61,541 nucleotides of DNA from a virus (lineage: Duplodnaviria; Caudoviricetes): the IMG/VR virus record IMGVR_UViG_3300018481_000006, positions 1-61,541 of that record. One strand, 5' to 3'. The notes under the pieces were generated by a model. The model did no database searches. It was not told where the DNA came from and saw only the letters and a list, made by a program, of their open reading frames with translations. Both the position numbers and the translations under genes were made by a program. Of this stretch, positions 38,401 to 46,104 are shown in pieces; position 1 is the first letter of the stretch; each line of letters starts with the position of its first letter.

Positions 38401-39122
38401 GACAGACCCCCGGCGATCAACTCCTTGGCGGCAAGCTCTGTAGCCTTCTTCTCGATCATGCCGCCGACCATCGCCTGCAGCGGCTTCTTCAGCAGCGCCT
38501 TGCCGACGACGCCGCCGACCCCGGCTCCGGTCAGGAAGCTGGCCGCGTTGCCGACCACGTTGCCGGCGGCGTAGCCCAACCAGTCTGTAAAGGAACCCTT
38601 GTCGGAGAGGGCGACGAAGATGTCGTCGTTGTCCCGGGACAGACCCTCGATGTCCTTGCCGACCGCCTTGTACTTCTCCATCCCCCAGTCTTTCAGCCCC
38701 TCCAGACCAAACGCATCGGCACCGTAGGCCACCAGACTGGCCCCGAACTGCTTGTTCTGCTCCCAGCCTCCGATCTGTAGACCCCGACCGAAGTGGCTGC
38801 GGCTGTCGTCCTTGGGCGCTGCCTGTCCAGCAAAGATCGGCTCCCCGTAACGGGCGGCGAAGTCCGGGCTGACCTCCCGCCGCGCTGGCGTGGACGGCGT
38901 CGCGGACGGCGTGGCGAAGATCGGCTCGCCGTAGCGGGCCACCATCGGGTCGACGGGTGGCGTGGCTCCCGTCGGCTGTGGGTTGACCGGGTCTGTAGGG
39001 ATCGCCATGCGCGGCGGCGCGGGGGGCGGTGTACTGGAGCCGCCGTACACCGGGAGTCCGCGCCGCGCTTGCTGCGAGGTCTGGTACAGAGGGTCGTCGT
39101 CTTCCTGCAGACCGTAGGCCAT
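29484..39122 (-). CDS. Giant polyvalent internal virion (ejection) protein, 3212 aa
   Basis: HEIGH metallopeptidase motif (35754-35768); ART-PolyVal-like block FKDWFKDSKVV...YH...GHDGIVY...QIKSATENVGTFDP; SPRVSV/GPKVNSF/TNDAWM domain; LPD38-like C-terminus (LPLPYGW, PTAVDPFIE..NENRFG). Confidence 0.85.
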   Translation of the reverse strand: MAYGLQEDDDPLYQTSQQARRGLPVYGGSSTPPPAPPRMAIPTDPVNPQPTGATPPVDPMVARYGEPIFATPSATPSTPARREVSPDFAARYGEPIFAGQAAPKDDSRSHFGRGLQIGGWEQNKQFGASLVAYGADAFGLEGLKDWGMEKYKAVGKDIEGLSRDNDDIFVALSDKGSFTDWLGYAAGNVVGNAASFLTGAGVGGVVGKALLKKPLQAMVGGMIEKKATELAAKELIAGGLSAEAAAQQAAQMAGRNAISEATKLKAAEYTAQLVGATAASYGLNLGATAGSIYGGAEERYQAGEGPKPELGRIGAAAAGSAGLDTLVDMTAIGRVLRGAGHGSNVVGRVIKGGLAQGFLDGGTEGLQGVAERWGAQQTLADAEAIRSYLNEAAVGAVGGVGAGAVAGARGRNAAEQERYLKGDPNATVESLPEREMPAITPGERRGLQPPGGDPVGAADDLAERISVLTRQGDLPAVQTGLKELVGNAQAALDSIGARPAIYATLGRVQADLDALADRHAPKATAQGLQPPVAAPADVAATGAPPVTAAPATAANAPVVDERQAEAAFTMPEPSSDINAQIAAMTDPKHPKDTVYIAGIRSGTPIPAIPKGVSKIFKGGDGLYLTTNPDKAKAILNIHGPLTDKQRASLLGIPQSKLEVASQIGPKVAVTAKDAAGNVVMQAATTPGGPNVKAVQDQTPVDGTTEITPITEVLEERAAKVDAELAPTITETPVVTETTEPPAATDAKKTSKAKAAKVAPKLPAPPVTEQKPAPKATAEKAPVEGETPVSHLRVGNWISVGGSKFVRVTKVGKGKGGRVRLTVAHGDREVDGDYDPTATVLLKDDAPAAKKAKEVSKAKEAKDAVPKQGAAEVLQRESEEAGKAGRKRGRVEQGEQGKEAAAKDEGKAEALEPDLSFDGIDGNGEPATLHVWLKNGKFQRIEQHYEDGTVIRIAVRRDDTINSILDKIADDFRTHESIKEEADAAAEEAAKEPTEEKKEPKQRTADEALKVLRKKIRRKGRTATERTVPEGASRDEREVLVNEYLAPEFGNKHSVTLVDTPDKYKNFSLVIHKLLDQNVQFYTPANQRVDAMDGFKLPGDPDTIYVNANAKKPEMFVIGHEIGHNIRELNPALWSKFMDEVDKIADRKMFATYQHNLKLRMEAEAKARDETRPSLEDIGDQTRDEVSADAMGTAFMDEEFWKMLHDSVDVEQRPLVVRMMEEFVAMLARWKQALAEALKLADPNVKKKPRSVEETRMFKDLRVLNRRVRDLIVEHRQLEKLTKAQVREKAAWFYDEKMEPDEADGEFPWVKLSEDVQDYWADAYDMYRRRDITYPELERVFGQVNASEAKNRRGEAASGQVRRSEAYQTAKQIWDEKIATKKSDPDFDDLIGDHKNHFIRAVADEEGIVEAYDQINEWRAEGEKGFTEEQKRLALIERERVKEEKVKAKEQAKVDAAKAKVKEKRERLEALVKAERPAIAQRLQNLTPAQQDVVGRHFKTEWGEKAEERLRKLVDRVLDDPETLSKLPDPMRRIIKPLLGGIKFSRAEFGMGYIGPVDEYGNPEVDTAERQTDTAAFKDWFKDSKVVTPTGRPMTVYHHGSFASDPDNYTPSGPMHFGTFQAAQERATGKQIDDAVDGVTAYKRDGRWYWKMNDGTTSEDVTDESWHAEERAVLAGRGTARQFAESANAESDMEDLGTLTATYLSLQNPMRVRDMGDNANWKEVIDLAKQSGHDGIVYKNKYEDAGKDSYIAFEPGQIKSATENVGTFDPRNPDIRYSRKGLAKTTGSQAKALRAAERFLTEAEAKKLYLKDGSMAQIAFNFLRTLQHVPSAQEMAAVAHAGRAKRDWYTGSVAALHQVFGIDAPRFAALLSSMSPRVSVQDNLRNSLAVWRDWDKAGRPTDAKTIKQILRGAIRVPPMETRETDDLRDIAKMFGINPRKGHDTLVAELSALEKRSKVARARIADLSVLPALVNNSIRSLTAEDPGSMISLLSGPKVNSFFRNLIGDASEVTNDAWMAAYAAVEQEIFGGKLTGLDSGKGHGYLAMNSRTREAARILTKRTGVEWTPAEVQTTIWAWAKTLYQLQERTGESRDAMELLNDGALTDDLIAANVDFRNLFTDETKPYQGLLREAGLGNRIKGLYGLGAGHNAPAEGDQANQGTAGQAGPFVERTQRRYERQAARRLAERYADRLNRETATRALSRSSGRRAQVKFSRKDLLNPQEIYATKGDKIVGMATYNAPNQRWFIYKAVTPDGDIRDDYSEHNAATSVEAINMLRERGVRLERRKASALEEGFNDAWPRGPDALYDHDTSPQPGQNWFTRNVDRALDATGLFNKKGKELRRNLQRRAQDANIDVRSLQEDIVRKGGVISAASNVYQKITLFAGKVGEQMERFQRKYAEPMEEQIGKAMKKGATMNDIDTFLIAQHAEERNEQIEQRTQDRDGGPITDGSGMSTDEANRTLRTYASVPYAAELNEIGRIADEISEDKVSRMEKAGLIDADTAAGLRKYQHYRPLKGLDDDDTTEITSGLGVGRGFSGKASLLKYAMGRETQAKHVVSHLLLDAEAKIVRAGKNEVALSLANLAADFPDPKFWTLNPMKARRTFDPEKGTIRYTNDNDLTNPNVVTAYQNGIPTKIDLHQEDFANAITGASATGDGVILDKARKFNKFLASMMTTLNPEWALINAARDVQTAFYNIAADKNKPNMPPGMEKTVLKQILALKGHKDIYKAITDPNHQAGLGQWYHDLAEQGGITKFFALESLKDRAEKLKAMEQRLTGTGIKGKALDAYKKSHAEGAVKWLEDVNSSIEAAPRVIAYKVLVEAGWTKANAADYVKNLTTNFQRKGTSSELTSLFLFFNPAVQGTARIYQAMRSPQGKAIAAGLFGMGFVAGLTGNAGGDDDENGIPDYQQLSDWDRSTNIIPFAHGPKLPLPYGWNAFYAMGNFAADAFFGRSPVGSAFAGLKAAHSAFDPIGGADSKTLAGWLAKTVAPTAVDPFIEFGMNENRFGSRIYREQSSAYGAKQPESQTGSMSASATSRAIASGLNSLTQGSAAKAGGIDVSPDSIDFWAGTALPGIPTVLGRGLSTLKKIATGEATETKEYPVVRRVLAEPSKGKVYEALQDAKAEINEFQNIAKNGTPEERRELAKEHPGWAGIDATFKAMTKQTGELYKRKAAIIDGKLKVDDEATEKNRIDKKIEELNNRMLKSYTVTVAKW
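36392..36538 (-). CDS. 48-aa basic protein overprinted in an alternative frame of the giant gene
   Basis: AGGAGG (36550-36545) 6 nt before ATG; MPFQSKAQQKFFNANRKKLAKQGVNVDEWNKASKGKKLPPKMKGKQRR. Confidence 0.65.
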   Translation of the reverse strand: MPFQSKAQQKFFNANRKKLAKQGVNVDEWNKASKGKKLPPKMKGKQRR

Positions 39123-39131
39123 CGTCGCTCC

Positions 39132-40712
39132 CTACTGCGTCAGCCCGTAGGTTTGCCGGCCCGCACCCGGAGCCGTCGCTGGCACCGGATTGGCCTTGGC
39201 TGCCGCTGCCGCCGCCTGCGCTTGGCGCTTATCCCATGCTTCGCGAACCGAGGGGGGCACAAAGCGCAACCGCAGCGGCTTGTCGACGTTGCCGGAGTCG
39301 GTGATCCACTGCCCGTTCTTGTCGCGCTGCACCCCTATCGTGCCGTTCACGATCCCGTTCCACGTCGAGTTGAGCTTGGAGATGTTCATCGGGTTCACCT
39401 CCAGACCGTTGTCCTCGATCATCCCGTCAACCGCGCCAATCGCCTCGCCGATCTTCGCTTCCAGCGTGCCGGTGCCGCCCTGTTCCTTGCTGTCCTTGGC
39501 GATGGTGTCGGCGGTGACGCCGTTCAGCTTGAGCATCAGGTCGAGCGAACGACGCTGATCATCGGCCTTGCGTCTGGCGGTGCGATCTTCGATGCTGGCT
39601 TTCTTCTGCTCGACGGCAGCCCCGGCCATCGCTCCTTTGTAAGCCCGGTCTGAAGCGCGATCAACGCCCTGCACATCGAACTCGCGCTTGACCTCCTTCA
39701 GCCGGTCGATGCCAAGCTGGGTGGCGGCCTCCCGCGACGTGATCTCTGACTGGACTTCCTTGGCCTTGAGCGCCACCGCCTGCTCCCTCTGTCCGAAGTT
39801 GAGGATTTCCAGAGGCGACAACTGCTCGGCCAGCATGACCTTGATCTGTGCTTCGTTGACCGGCACGGTCTTGGTGCTGCCGTCCGGCATCTGGCGGTCG
39901 TACGACGCGTAGCGCCGGCCCTGCTGATCGGTCTTGTCGACCCGCCACGAACCGTCGACGTAGGTCGGGTCCATCTCCTTGACCAGTCCCGGGATTGCCG
40001 GATGGTCCGGGTTGGTCGCCGCCATCGTGGCGAGCGCGGCGCTCTTCGCCATATGCTCTTGCACGCCGCTGCTGGCGAGTTGCTGGATCATCTTCGACGC
40101 CTCGGCGGGGTGCGTCTTGCGCAGCAGCATGAACATCTCGGGCATCAGTTGGCGGTTCAGCGCGTAGCCGTCCTTGATGTGGTCGACCACCGACTTCTGT
40201 GGCGGCTGGATCAGCGGCGCAGGCGCGCTCTGTGCTGGCGGCGGCGCAGGTCCGCCACCCACCACGCCCTCGGGCGCAGTCAGCGCAGCAACCCGTGGCG
40301 CACCAGCCGGCGGCACCGGCGCAGCGGTCTGTGGACCGGATAGCGCCTGCCCAACCGGCGCGGACGGCTCCGGCGACAGCGGTGGCGGCACCGGTCCGGG
40401 TTCCTGCTGCGCGGTGGGCACGGTCGGTGGCGGCGGCGGTCCGGCCCCCGGCGTGCCACGCGCACCCTGCACGGCCTGATCGATGTACTGCGTGGTCAGG
40501 TCGTACATCTTCTTGGCACGTGCCTTCTCCTCCGCGTACTCCTCCTGCTCCTGCGTGAACTTGGTCTTCAGGCGTCCCTCTGCGGCCTCGGCGCGCACGT
40601 CGGCGTTCGCCAGCAGGTCGCCACGCCGCTTGTCCTCCACGATCTTGGAGGTGCTGTTGTACGAATTGACGAAGGCTTCACCGAAGCCGGGAATCGACAG
40701 TCCCCCCATCAC
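39132..40712 (-). CDS. Internal virion (ejection) protein
   Basis: Lies between the pilot-like protein and the giant protein; Ala/Pro-rich, helical. Confidence 0.65.
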   Translation of the reverse strand: MMGGLSIPGFGEAFVNSYNSTSKIVEDKRRGDLLANADVRAEAAEGRLKTKFTQEQEEYAEEKARAKKMYDLTTQYIDQAVQGARGTPGAGPPPPPTVPTAQQEPGPVPPPLSPEPSAPVGQALSGPQTAAPVPPAGAPRVAALTAPEGVVGGGPAPPPAQSAPAPLIQPPQKSVVDHIKDGYALNRQLMPEMFMLLRKTHPAEASKMIQQLASSGVQEHMAKSAALATMAATNPDHPAIPGLVKEMDPTYVDGSWRVDKTDQQGRRYASYDRQMPDGSTKTVPVNEAQIKVMLAEQLSPLEILNFGQREQAVALKAKEVQSEITSREAATQLGIDRLKEVKREFDVQGVDRASDRAYKGAMAGAAVEQKKASIEDRTARRKADDQRRSLDLMLKLNGVTADTIAKDSKEQGGTGTLEAKIGEAIGAVDGMIEDNGLEVNPMNISKLNSTWNGIVNGTIGVQRDKNGQWITDSGNVDKPLRLRFVPPSVREAWDKRQAQAAAAAAKANPVPATAPGAGRQTYGLTQ

Positions 40713-41785
40713 AACCCCCTTGCACGCTGCTGGTCGGCAGGCTGGTGGTGCTTCTTGACCAGCTTGTCGAAGAACTCCTCGCCCTTGCGCCGCACGACGT
40801 CGGCAGGGATCACGTACTCGCCGTTCGACAGACGAGCCTCGATCTGGTCATCCACCGGGCCACCCGGTCCGCGCACGAGGCCAGCCTTGCGTGCCCGCGC
40901 CACAGAGGGCAGGTCGCCGACAGAGCCGGCCTTGGCCCCCTCCTCGCCGGCCTCGCCGCCGTCGGCCATGAACGCCGCCGCCATGCCGGCAATCGAGCCA
41001 ATCGAAGAAAGCGTCTTGCCACGCTGCTCCTCGCCCGCCGACCAGTTCTGCATCCGTGCGCCGAACTCCTGCCCGTAGCCCTTGCCCGCCGCAGAGTTAG
41101 CCTCGATGCCCATGCCGAAGTTGGCGTTGCCCAAGCCACGGGCGGACACCGCGTTCTGGGTCTGGCCCATGATGTTCTGGGTGCCGGCCTGCCCAGCCTG
41201 CAACGCGAGCGCGGCGGCGCTGTTGCTCTGTCCGGACAGTCCGCGCCCCATGTTGGCGGCGTCGGCGGCCATCGCCATGCCCATCGCGCGGCTCTGTAGC
41301 CGGGACTGGTTCATCGCCCCAGCCTTCGCCAGAGCCTCCTCGTCACCGAGAGTGCCGGCGGCGCGCAACGCGGTCGACGAGTTCGGGTTGATGCCGTAGC
41401 GGGAAAGCTCACGCGCGGTCGCCGCACGCTGCTGCCCGAACGCCTGCTCGATGTCGGCCCCGGCCTGCCCAGCCATCTTCTCCCGCTCGGCGTCGGTGTT
41501 GAACTGCAACGCCTCGTTGATGATCTTCTGTTCCAGCGGCTGGTAGGACTGCTTCCAGTAGTCGTACTGCTCCTGCGAGCGTGCTTCGGCGGAATCAGCC
41601 AGCCTCTGTTGTTGTTGGAAGATCGGCATCAGCATCTGCCGGTCCGACGCCGCGTTCTGCTTCGACCACTCGAACTGCTCGCGGCCTAGCTCGATCTGCT
41701 CCTGCGCGATGCGCTCGTTCGCCTGCGCTGTCGCCAGCAGGCCCGGGTTCACGTCCGGTGGCTTCGGTCCGCTGCACAATCCCAT
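40709..41785 (-). CDS. Internal virion/DNA pilot-like protein
   Basis: MGLCSG start, Ala/Gly/Gln-rich; C-terminal MADGG...GPGGPVDDQIEARLSNGEYVIPADVV. Confidence 0.7.
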   Translation of the reverse strand: MGLCSGPKPPDVNPGLLATAQANERIAQEQIELGREQFEWSKQNAASDRQMLMPIFQQQQRLADSAEARSQEQYDYWKQSYQPLEQKIINEALQFNTDAEREKMAGQAGADIEQAFGQQRAATARELSRYGINPNSSTALRAAGTLGDEEALAKAGAMNQSRLQSRAMGMAMAADAANMGRGLSGQSNSAAALALQAGQAGTQNIMGQTQNAVSARGLGNANFGMGIEANSAAGKGYGQEFGARMQNWSAGEEQRGKTLSSIGSIAGMAAAFMADGGEAGEEGAKAGSVGDLPSVARARKAGLVRGPGGPVDDQIEARLSNGEYVIPADVVRRKGEEFFDKLVKKHHQPADQQRARGL

Positions 41786-42248
41786 GTGATGTCTCCACAG
41801 ACTCGATGTAGTCTTTCCACGGCTCGCTGTGACAACGCCTGCGAACCTCTATCCCTACCTTCGCTGCCCAGTCTGGACCGCCACAGATCAGCGCAGTCTG
41901 TTGGATCAGGTCAGCATAACTGCTACGTACTACGAACGCCACGCGTAAATCGACCTCCCCGGTGGGGTGATCCTCCAGTTCGTTGGCGACCCGCCAGTTG
42001 ACGATGGCGTTGGTCACCAGCGGCTGTAAATCCGGGAAGTACTTGCGGTAGAACTCGTTGCGCGGAATGGTCACCATCGTCATCCACAGCAGGTCGAGGA
42101 CACGACCCTTCGACGGCGGGCTGTCGCCGTCGTACAGATCGTCGAAGAAGTGCGCGACCTCGGTCATGGTGATCGCGAAGTCGGCGGCGATCTCGTTGCC
42201 CTGACAACAGGCTTTGACGAAATCGATGAACTCTTTGTCGCGCTTCAT
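41595..42248 (-). CDS. Helical protein with HFFDDLYDGD motif
   Basis: GGAGCCAC RBS; 3' end overlaps the next gene by ~190 nt. Confidence 0.65.
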   Translation of the reverse strand: MKRDKEFIDFVKACCQGNEIAADFAITMTEVAHFFDDLYDGDSPPSKGRVLDLLWMTMVTIPRNEFYRKYFPDLQPLVTNAIVNWRVANELEDHPTGEVDLRVAFVVRSSYADLIQQTALICGGPDWAAKVGIEVRRRCHSEPWKDYIESVETSHGIVQRTEATGREPGPAGDSAGERAHRAGADRARPRAVRVVEAERGVGPADADADLPTTTEAG

Positions 42249-42445
42249 GTGGCTCCGGGTGGTGGGTATGGGAACTTCTTCTTCAACTCTTCGATGCGGT
42301 CGATCATGGCGATGACATCGTCGCTCAACGGCTCGCCACGGCTCAACAGATCAAGCGCCCTCCAGATCATGTCGAGTTGGCGCTGGCGACTCGGGAACGC
42401 GAGTTCTCTCTCTGTTTCAACGTCACCGTAGTGAGTAATCTTCAT
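42245..42445 (-). CDS. Small tail-associated protein
   Basis: RELAFPS..QLDMIW...IEELKKKFP, tail assembly chaperone-like pattern. Confidence 0.6.
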   Translation of the reverse strand: MKITHYGDVETERELAFPSRQRQLDMIWRALDLLSRGEPLSDDVIAMIDRIEELKKKFPYPPPGAT

Positions 42446-42828
42446 GGCACCACCACGTCAAAGTGTGCGTCGGTGAACGGCCACGACAGAACCGTGACGT
42501 GGTGACTGCCCGGAGTCTTGAAGTCCAGTTCTACCGTGCCGTCTGTAGCCTCAAACTCGGCGTCCCCCTTGGGGAGCCGTATCAGAATCGTCGCCGGTAA
42601 CGGGACGTTGTACAGCGTGCTTCCGGTGAGCAATGTCGGGTTCAGCGGGCGAGGAATTGCATCACCATCGAGTACGTACATGACATCGGCGTGATGAACG
42701 CCGACAACGTAGGGTCCGATCAGGTGGAGATACTGTTCCTCGACGGTCTGGACAACGCCAAACCTGCCGGTCGCCGGATCGTAGTTGCTGACCGCGATGG
42801 TGGTGCCGATCTCTATCTCTTTGCGCAC
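42442..42828 (-). CDS. Tail-associated protein
   Basis: Directly downstream of the J-like tip gene. Confidence 0.6.
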   Translation of the reverse strand: MRKEIEIGTTIAVSNYDPATGRFGVVQTVEEQYLHLIGPYVVGVHHADVMYVLDGDAIPRPLNPTLLTGSTLYNVPLPATILIRLPKGDAEFEATDGTVELDFKTPGSHHVTVLSWPFTDAHFDVVVP

Positions 42829-45800
42829 AAGATGACCGCTTTGTAGTTGCCGAACTTGTTGGTTGCCGTTTGCCCGCCACTCAAACTTCCGGTCCCGTTT
42901 ATTGGAAGCTGCTCTACGGTCATGTGCAGGAAGTACGGCGTCGACTGGCCGCTGATCGGCACGTTATCGAAGGCGAAGATGCAGGTTTGCGCATAGCGCG
43001 GCTGGTTGTTGATGATGCCCATCTGGTGACGGCTGAACAACGGGCCGTACCCAGTGCGCGTCAGGTAGCAGTTGATCCAGAAACGTCCACCGTTGCTGCC
43101 GGTGTCCTGTTGCACTTCGCAGCCGAAGATAACGGTTATCTTGGAGACAACCTCGGTGTTGAACGGCAACACGCCCTTGAACAACGACCACACGTTGACC
43201 CCAAGCTCTGGCGCGCTCGGATCGGATTGATCTCGACGATGATTCACGTCGTTGGGATTGGATGCCATGCGCGGCACCATCACCGCGTCGCCCTGAATCT
43301 TCAGCGTCGCTACCTGTAGGTCAGCGATGTGTGCGGTCTGGATTGCAGCGGTCTTGATCTGTGCGCCACCCACCGCGAGGTTGGCGATCTGCGCGGTGTC
43401 GATGGCGGCGTTTGCGATGTACGTACCGGTGAAGTTGACGCCGAGTTCGCCGATGCGATACCCCGGCATGATCACGCCAGCGATGGTGCCGCCGCCCGCC
43501 CCGGTAAGCGTTATCGTTCCGGCGGTAGGCTTGGTCAGAACAATGTTGGTGTTGAGCAACGCCGGTGCGTTGGAGCCGCTGGGTAGCGCCGCACCGATCC
43601 AGTACGGCGACACCTGACCGCCTCCGGGCTTGCCGCCGATCAGCGTGCCGTGCGGGGTGATGTCGATCTCGCTATTCGACGTCCCGGGCGGCGGGACATT
43701 GACACCGGACCAGTTGATGCCGGTGCCGGTCGAGAACAGCACCGTGCCGCCAGCGCCGTAGATGGTCAGCGACTGTGAATCCTGCCGCCACTCCATGCGT
43801 GGCGTCTTGTCGGGACCGCCGATCCTGAAGTAGCCGTTGACGTCGAGATAGAAGCCGGAACCGCCCAGCCACGACACGCCGTTGTTGAACATGATGCCGC
43901 CCAGCAGATTGATGCCGGCGATCCATCCGCTGTCGGCCATCAGGTGGCCGCGCACTTGCATCTTTGCGCCGTCCCACATCACGTAATTCGATAGCGAGTC
44001 GCCGCTGTAGAACTTGTATTGCCCACCGCTGTAGCCGAGATAGAAGCCGCTGCCGAAGCTGGGATCGCCGACCGCCGCTCCCGGGTTCACGCCGCCGCTG
44101 ATCTGCCCGGTGGTGATGCCGATGGAGGCGATCAGCGTGCCGGTGGCGATCTTGCTGGCGCTCAAGTTCTCGATCATCGCGCTGACGATCTGCGCGTCGA
44201 AGATGTTCGCCGAGTTGATCCAGACCCCCGGCGGATACGTCTTGCCGTCGATGGTCTGTGCGGTGGTGGTGGCGATGAACGGCAGGCGCACCACCAGATC
44301 GTTCCAGAACGGGTCTTCGTTCGGCTTGGCGGGGGTGTTGACCGCGCCCCAGATCGGCTGGTGACCGACGTTGCCGTCAACTCTGCTCTGGAACGAGTGG
44401 ACGATGCTGCTTGGCCCGCCGGCCATCCACACCAGCGCGCCCTTGGCGTAGGGAGTGCTGGCAACCCACGGGTTGGGCGGCTGCGGCGGGGCGAGGCTGA
44501 AGGTATCGGCCCTGACGATGAACTTGGAGTCTGTGGGCTGACCGTACCCCGGCGAAGTCGATGACAGGCCGAAGCCGGCGATGTAGCCGTTGACGTCGGT
44601 CTTCACAGAGTATTGCGCGAGCAGGCCAGTATCGGTTTGCTTCATGGCGACGAAGGTCTGCTCGACGGTGGCGTTGTACGACGCCCCGCCGTCCATCGAT
44701 ACGCCAACCTGCTTGGACGCCTTGGCGAACGGCAAGCCGACGTGCCACGTCACCCGGCTGTCTGTGCCGGGAGCATCGACGTGCGTCGAGTTCCAGAACT
44801 GCACGCTGTTGGTGTAGGCCGGGTCGCCGGACGGCACGTTGTTCCAGATCAGGCCGTTGTTGTCGAACACCGAACCGGCCAGACCGTAGCGCGTGGTCGT
44901 GGTGTTCAGCGTTGCGTAGCCGATCTTGGTCTGTTCCAGCGTGATGACTTCAGCCGAAGCGTCTCCAGAGGAGAAGTCCTTCCAGACCAACTCCTCGCCC
45001 TTCCAGCGGTACGGGTGGTTGCCGTCGTCTTCGTCGTACCAGAGGTCACCGTCGATGATCTTGCGACCGGCGCTGTCAACCCACTCTGTGCCGTCCCAGA
45101 TCGCCGGATCGTCGGGCTGGTGGTAGACCTTGTTGCCGCTGGCGAGGCTGAACTCCTCCCACTGTGTGCCGGTCCAGCGGTAGCTGCGGTTGCTCTCGTC
45201 GGTGTCGTACCAGACGTCGCCGCCGATCAGCGGTACGCCGGCAACGATGCCGTGCGATTCAGCGTCCGGACGCTCCGGCGTGAAGAACGTGCGGTTGGCG
45301 CTCGGCCCCTGCGACTGCAGCACCCTGATCTGCGTGGCCTGCGAGGACGACACTGAACTCAGTTCAAAGATGCGTGACGTGGCGAGGAGGTCGCGTTCCT
45401 CCAGATGCTCCAGCTTGGAGTTGATGGCCCTGTTCTTGATGTACTCGTCGGTTTCGATCTTGCCGATGCGCTGGCTCAACTCGGTCCACAGAGCGGAGTT
45501 GACGATCTCTGTGGACAGCGCCTCGATGGCCTTGCCGATGTCGCGTCCAGTCCTGCCGTAGGTGCCGGACGTGGAGTTCCACGGGCCGGTGACGTTGGCC
45601 TTGGAGACGAACCGAATCCAGTACCAGTACTCGGTGTCGTAATCGACCGACGAGTCCGAGTACACGTTGGGCACGGCGGTGCCGACCATCAACGCCTGCG
45701 AGAGGTCGTCGATTTGCGCTCGCCATATCTCGGTGTAGCCGTGGTTGGGGTACGGCGCACCGTCCCAACTCATGTTGATCACCGTGAATACCGGATAGAC

Positions 45801-46100
45801 CTTGAATCCGGTGGGCGCAGGCGGGGTGGTGAAGTCGGTGCCGGGGTTGTAGATGCCGCCGCCCGGACCGCCGCCGGGACCGACCGGCCCAACCGGAAGC
45901 CCGCTATCGTCGCCACCGCTGTTACCGCTGTCGGCGAGGTTCAGGTCTTCCAGATCGCGGAAGCGCACGAAGCCGTCGAGTTCGTCTCCAGAGCGGCGCT
46001 CGCGCACCTCCAGCGTGGACTTGATGGCGCGCAGCACCTCCGCGATGTTGTCGTCGCGGATGTCCGGGATACCCGGGGTCGAGGTGGCGCGCTGCACCAT
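42813..46100 (-). CDS. Tail tip / host-specificity protein (J-like, DUF1983-like)
   Basis: Fn3-like YTEIWRA...YWYWIRFVS; YSVKTDVNGYIAGFGL...FIVRADTF; IANAAIDTAQI repeats. Confidence 0.8.
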   Translation of the reverse strand: MVQRATSTPGIPDIRDDNIAEVLRAIKSTLEVRERRSGDELDGFVRFRDLEDLNLADSGNSGGDDSGLPVGPVGPGGGPGGGIYNPGTDFTTPPAPTGFKVYPVFTVINMSWDGAPYPNHGYTEIWRAQIDDLSQALMVGTAVPNVYSDSSVDYDTEYWYWIRFVSKANVTGPWNSTSGTYGRTGRDIGKAIEALSTEIVNSALWTELSQRIGKIETDEYIKNRAINSKLEHLEERDLLATSRIFELSSVSSSQATQIRVLQSQGPSANRTFFTPERPDAESHGIVAGVPLIGGDVWYDTDESNRSYRWTGTQWEEFSLASGNKVYHQPDDPAIWDGTEWVDSAGRKIIDGDLWYDEDDGNHPYRWKGEELVWKDFSSGDASAEVITLEQTKIGYATLNTTTTRYGLAGSVFDNNGLIWNNVPSGDPAYTNSVQFWNSTHVDAPGTDSRVTWHVGLPFAKASKQVGVSMDGGASYNATVEQTFVAMKQTDTGLLAQYSVKTDVNGYIAGFGLSSTSPGYGQPTDSKFIVRADTFSLAPPQPPNPWVASTPYAKGALVWMAGGPSSIVHSFQSRVDGNVGHQPIWGAVNTPAKPNEDPFWNDLVVRLPFIATTTAQTIDGKTYPPGVWINSANIFDAQIVSAMIENLSASKIATGTLIASIGITTGQISGGVNPGAAVGDPSFGSGFYLGYSGGQYKFYSGDSLSNYVMWDGAKMQVRGHLMADSGWIAGINLLGGIMFNNGVSWLGGSGFYLDVNGYFRIGGPDKTPRMEWRQDSQSLTIYGAGGTVLFSTGTGINWSGVNVPPPGTSNSEIDITPHGTLIGGKPGGGQVSPYWIGAALPSGSNAPALLNTNIVLTKPTAGTITLTGAGGGTIAGVIMPGYRIGELGVNFTGTYIANAAIDTAQIANLAVGGAQIKTAAIQTAHIADLQVATLKIQGDAVMVPRMASNPNDVNHRRDQSDPSAPELGVNVWSLFKGVLPFNTEVVSKITVIFGCEVQQDTGSNGGRFWINCYLTRTGYGPLFSRHQMGIINNQPRYAQTCIFAFDNVPISGQSTPYFLHMTVEQLPINGTGSLSGGQTATNKFGNYKAVILCAKR

Positions 46101-46104
46101 GCCG

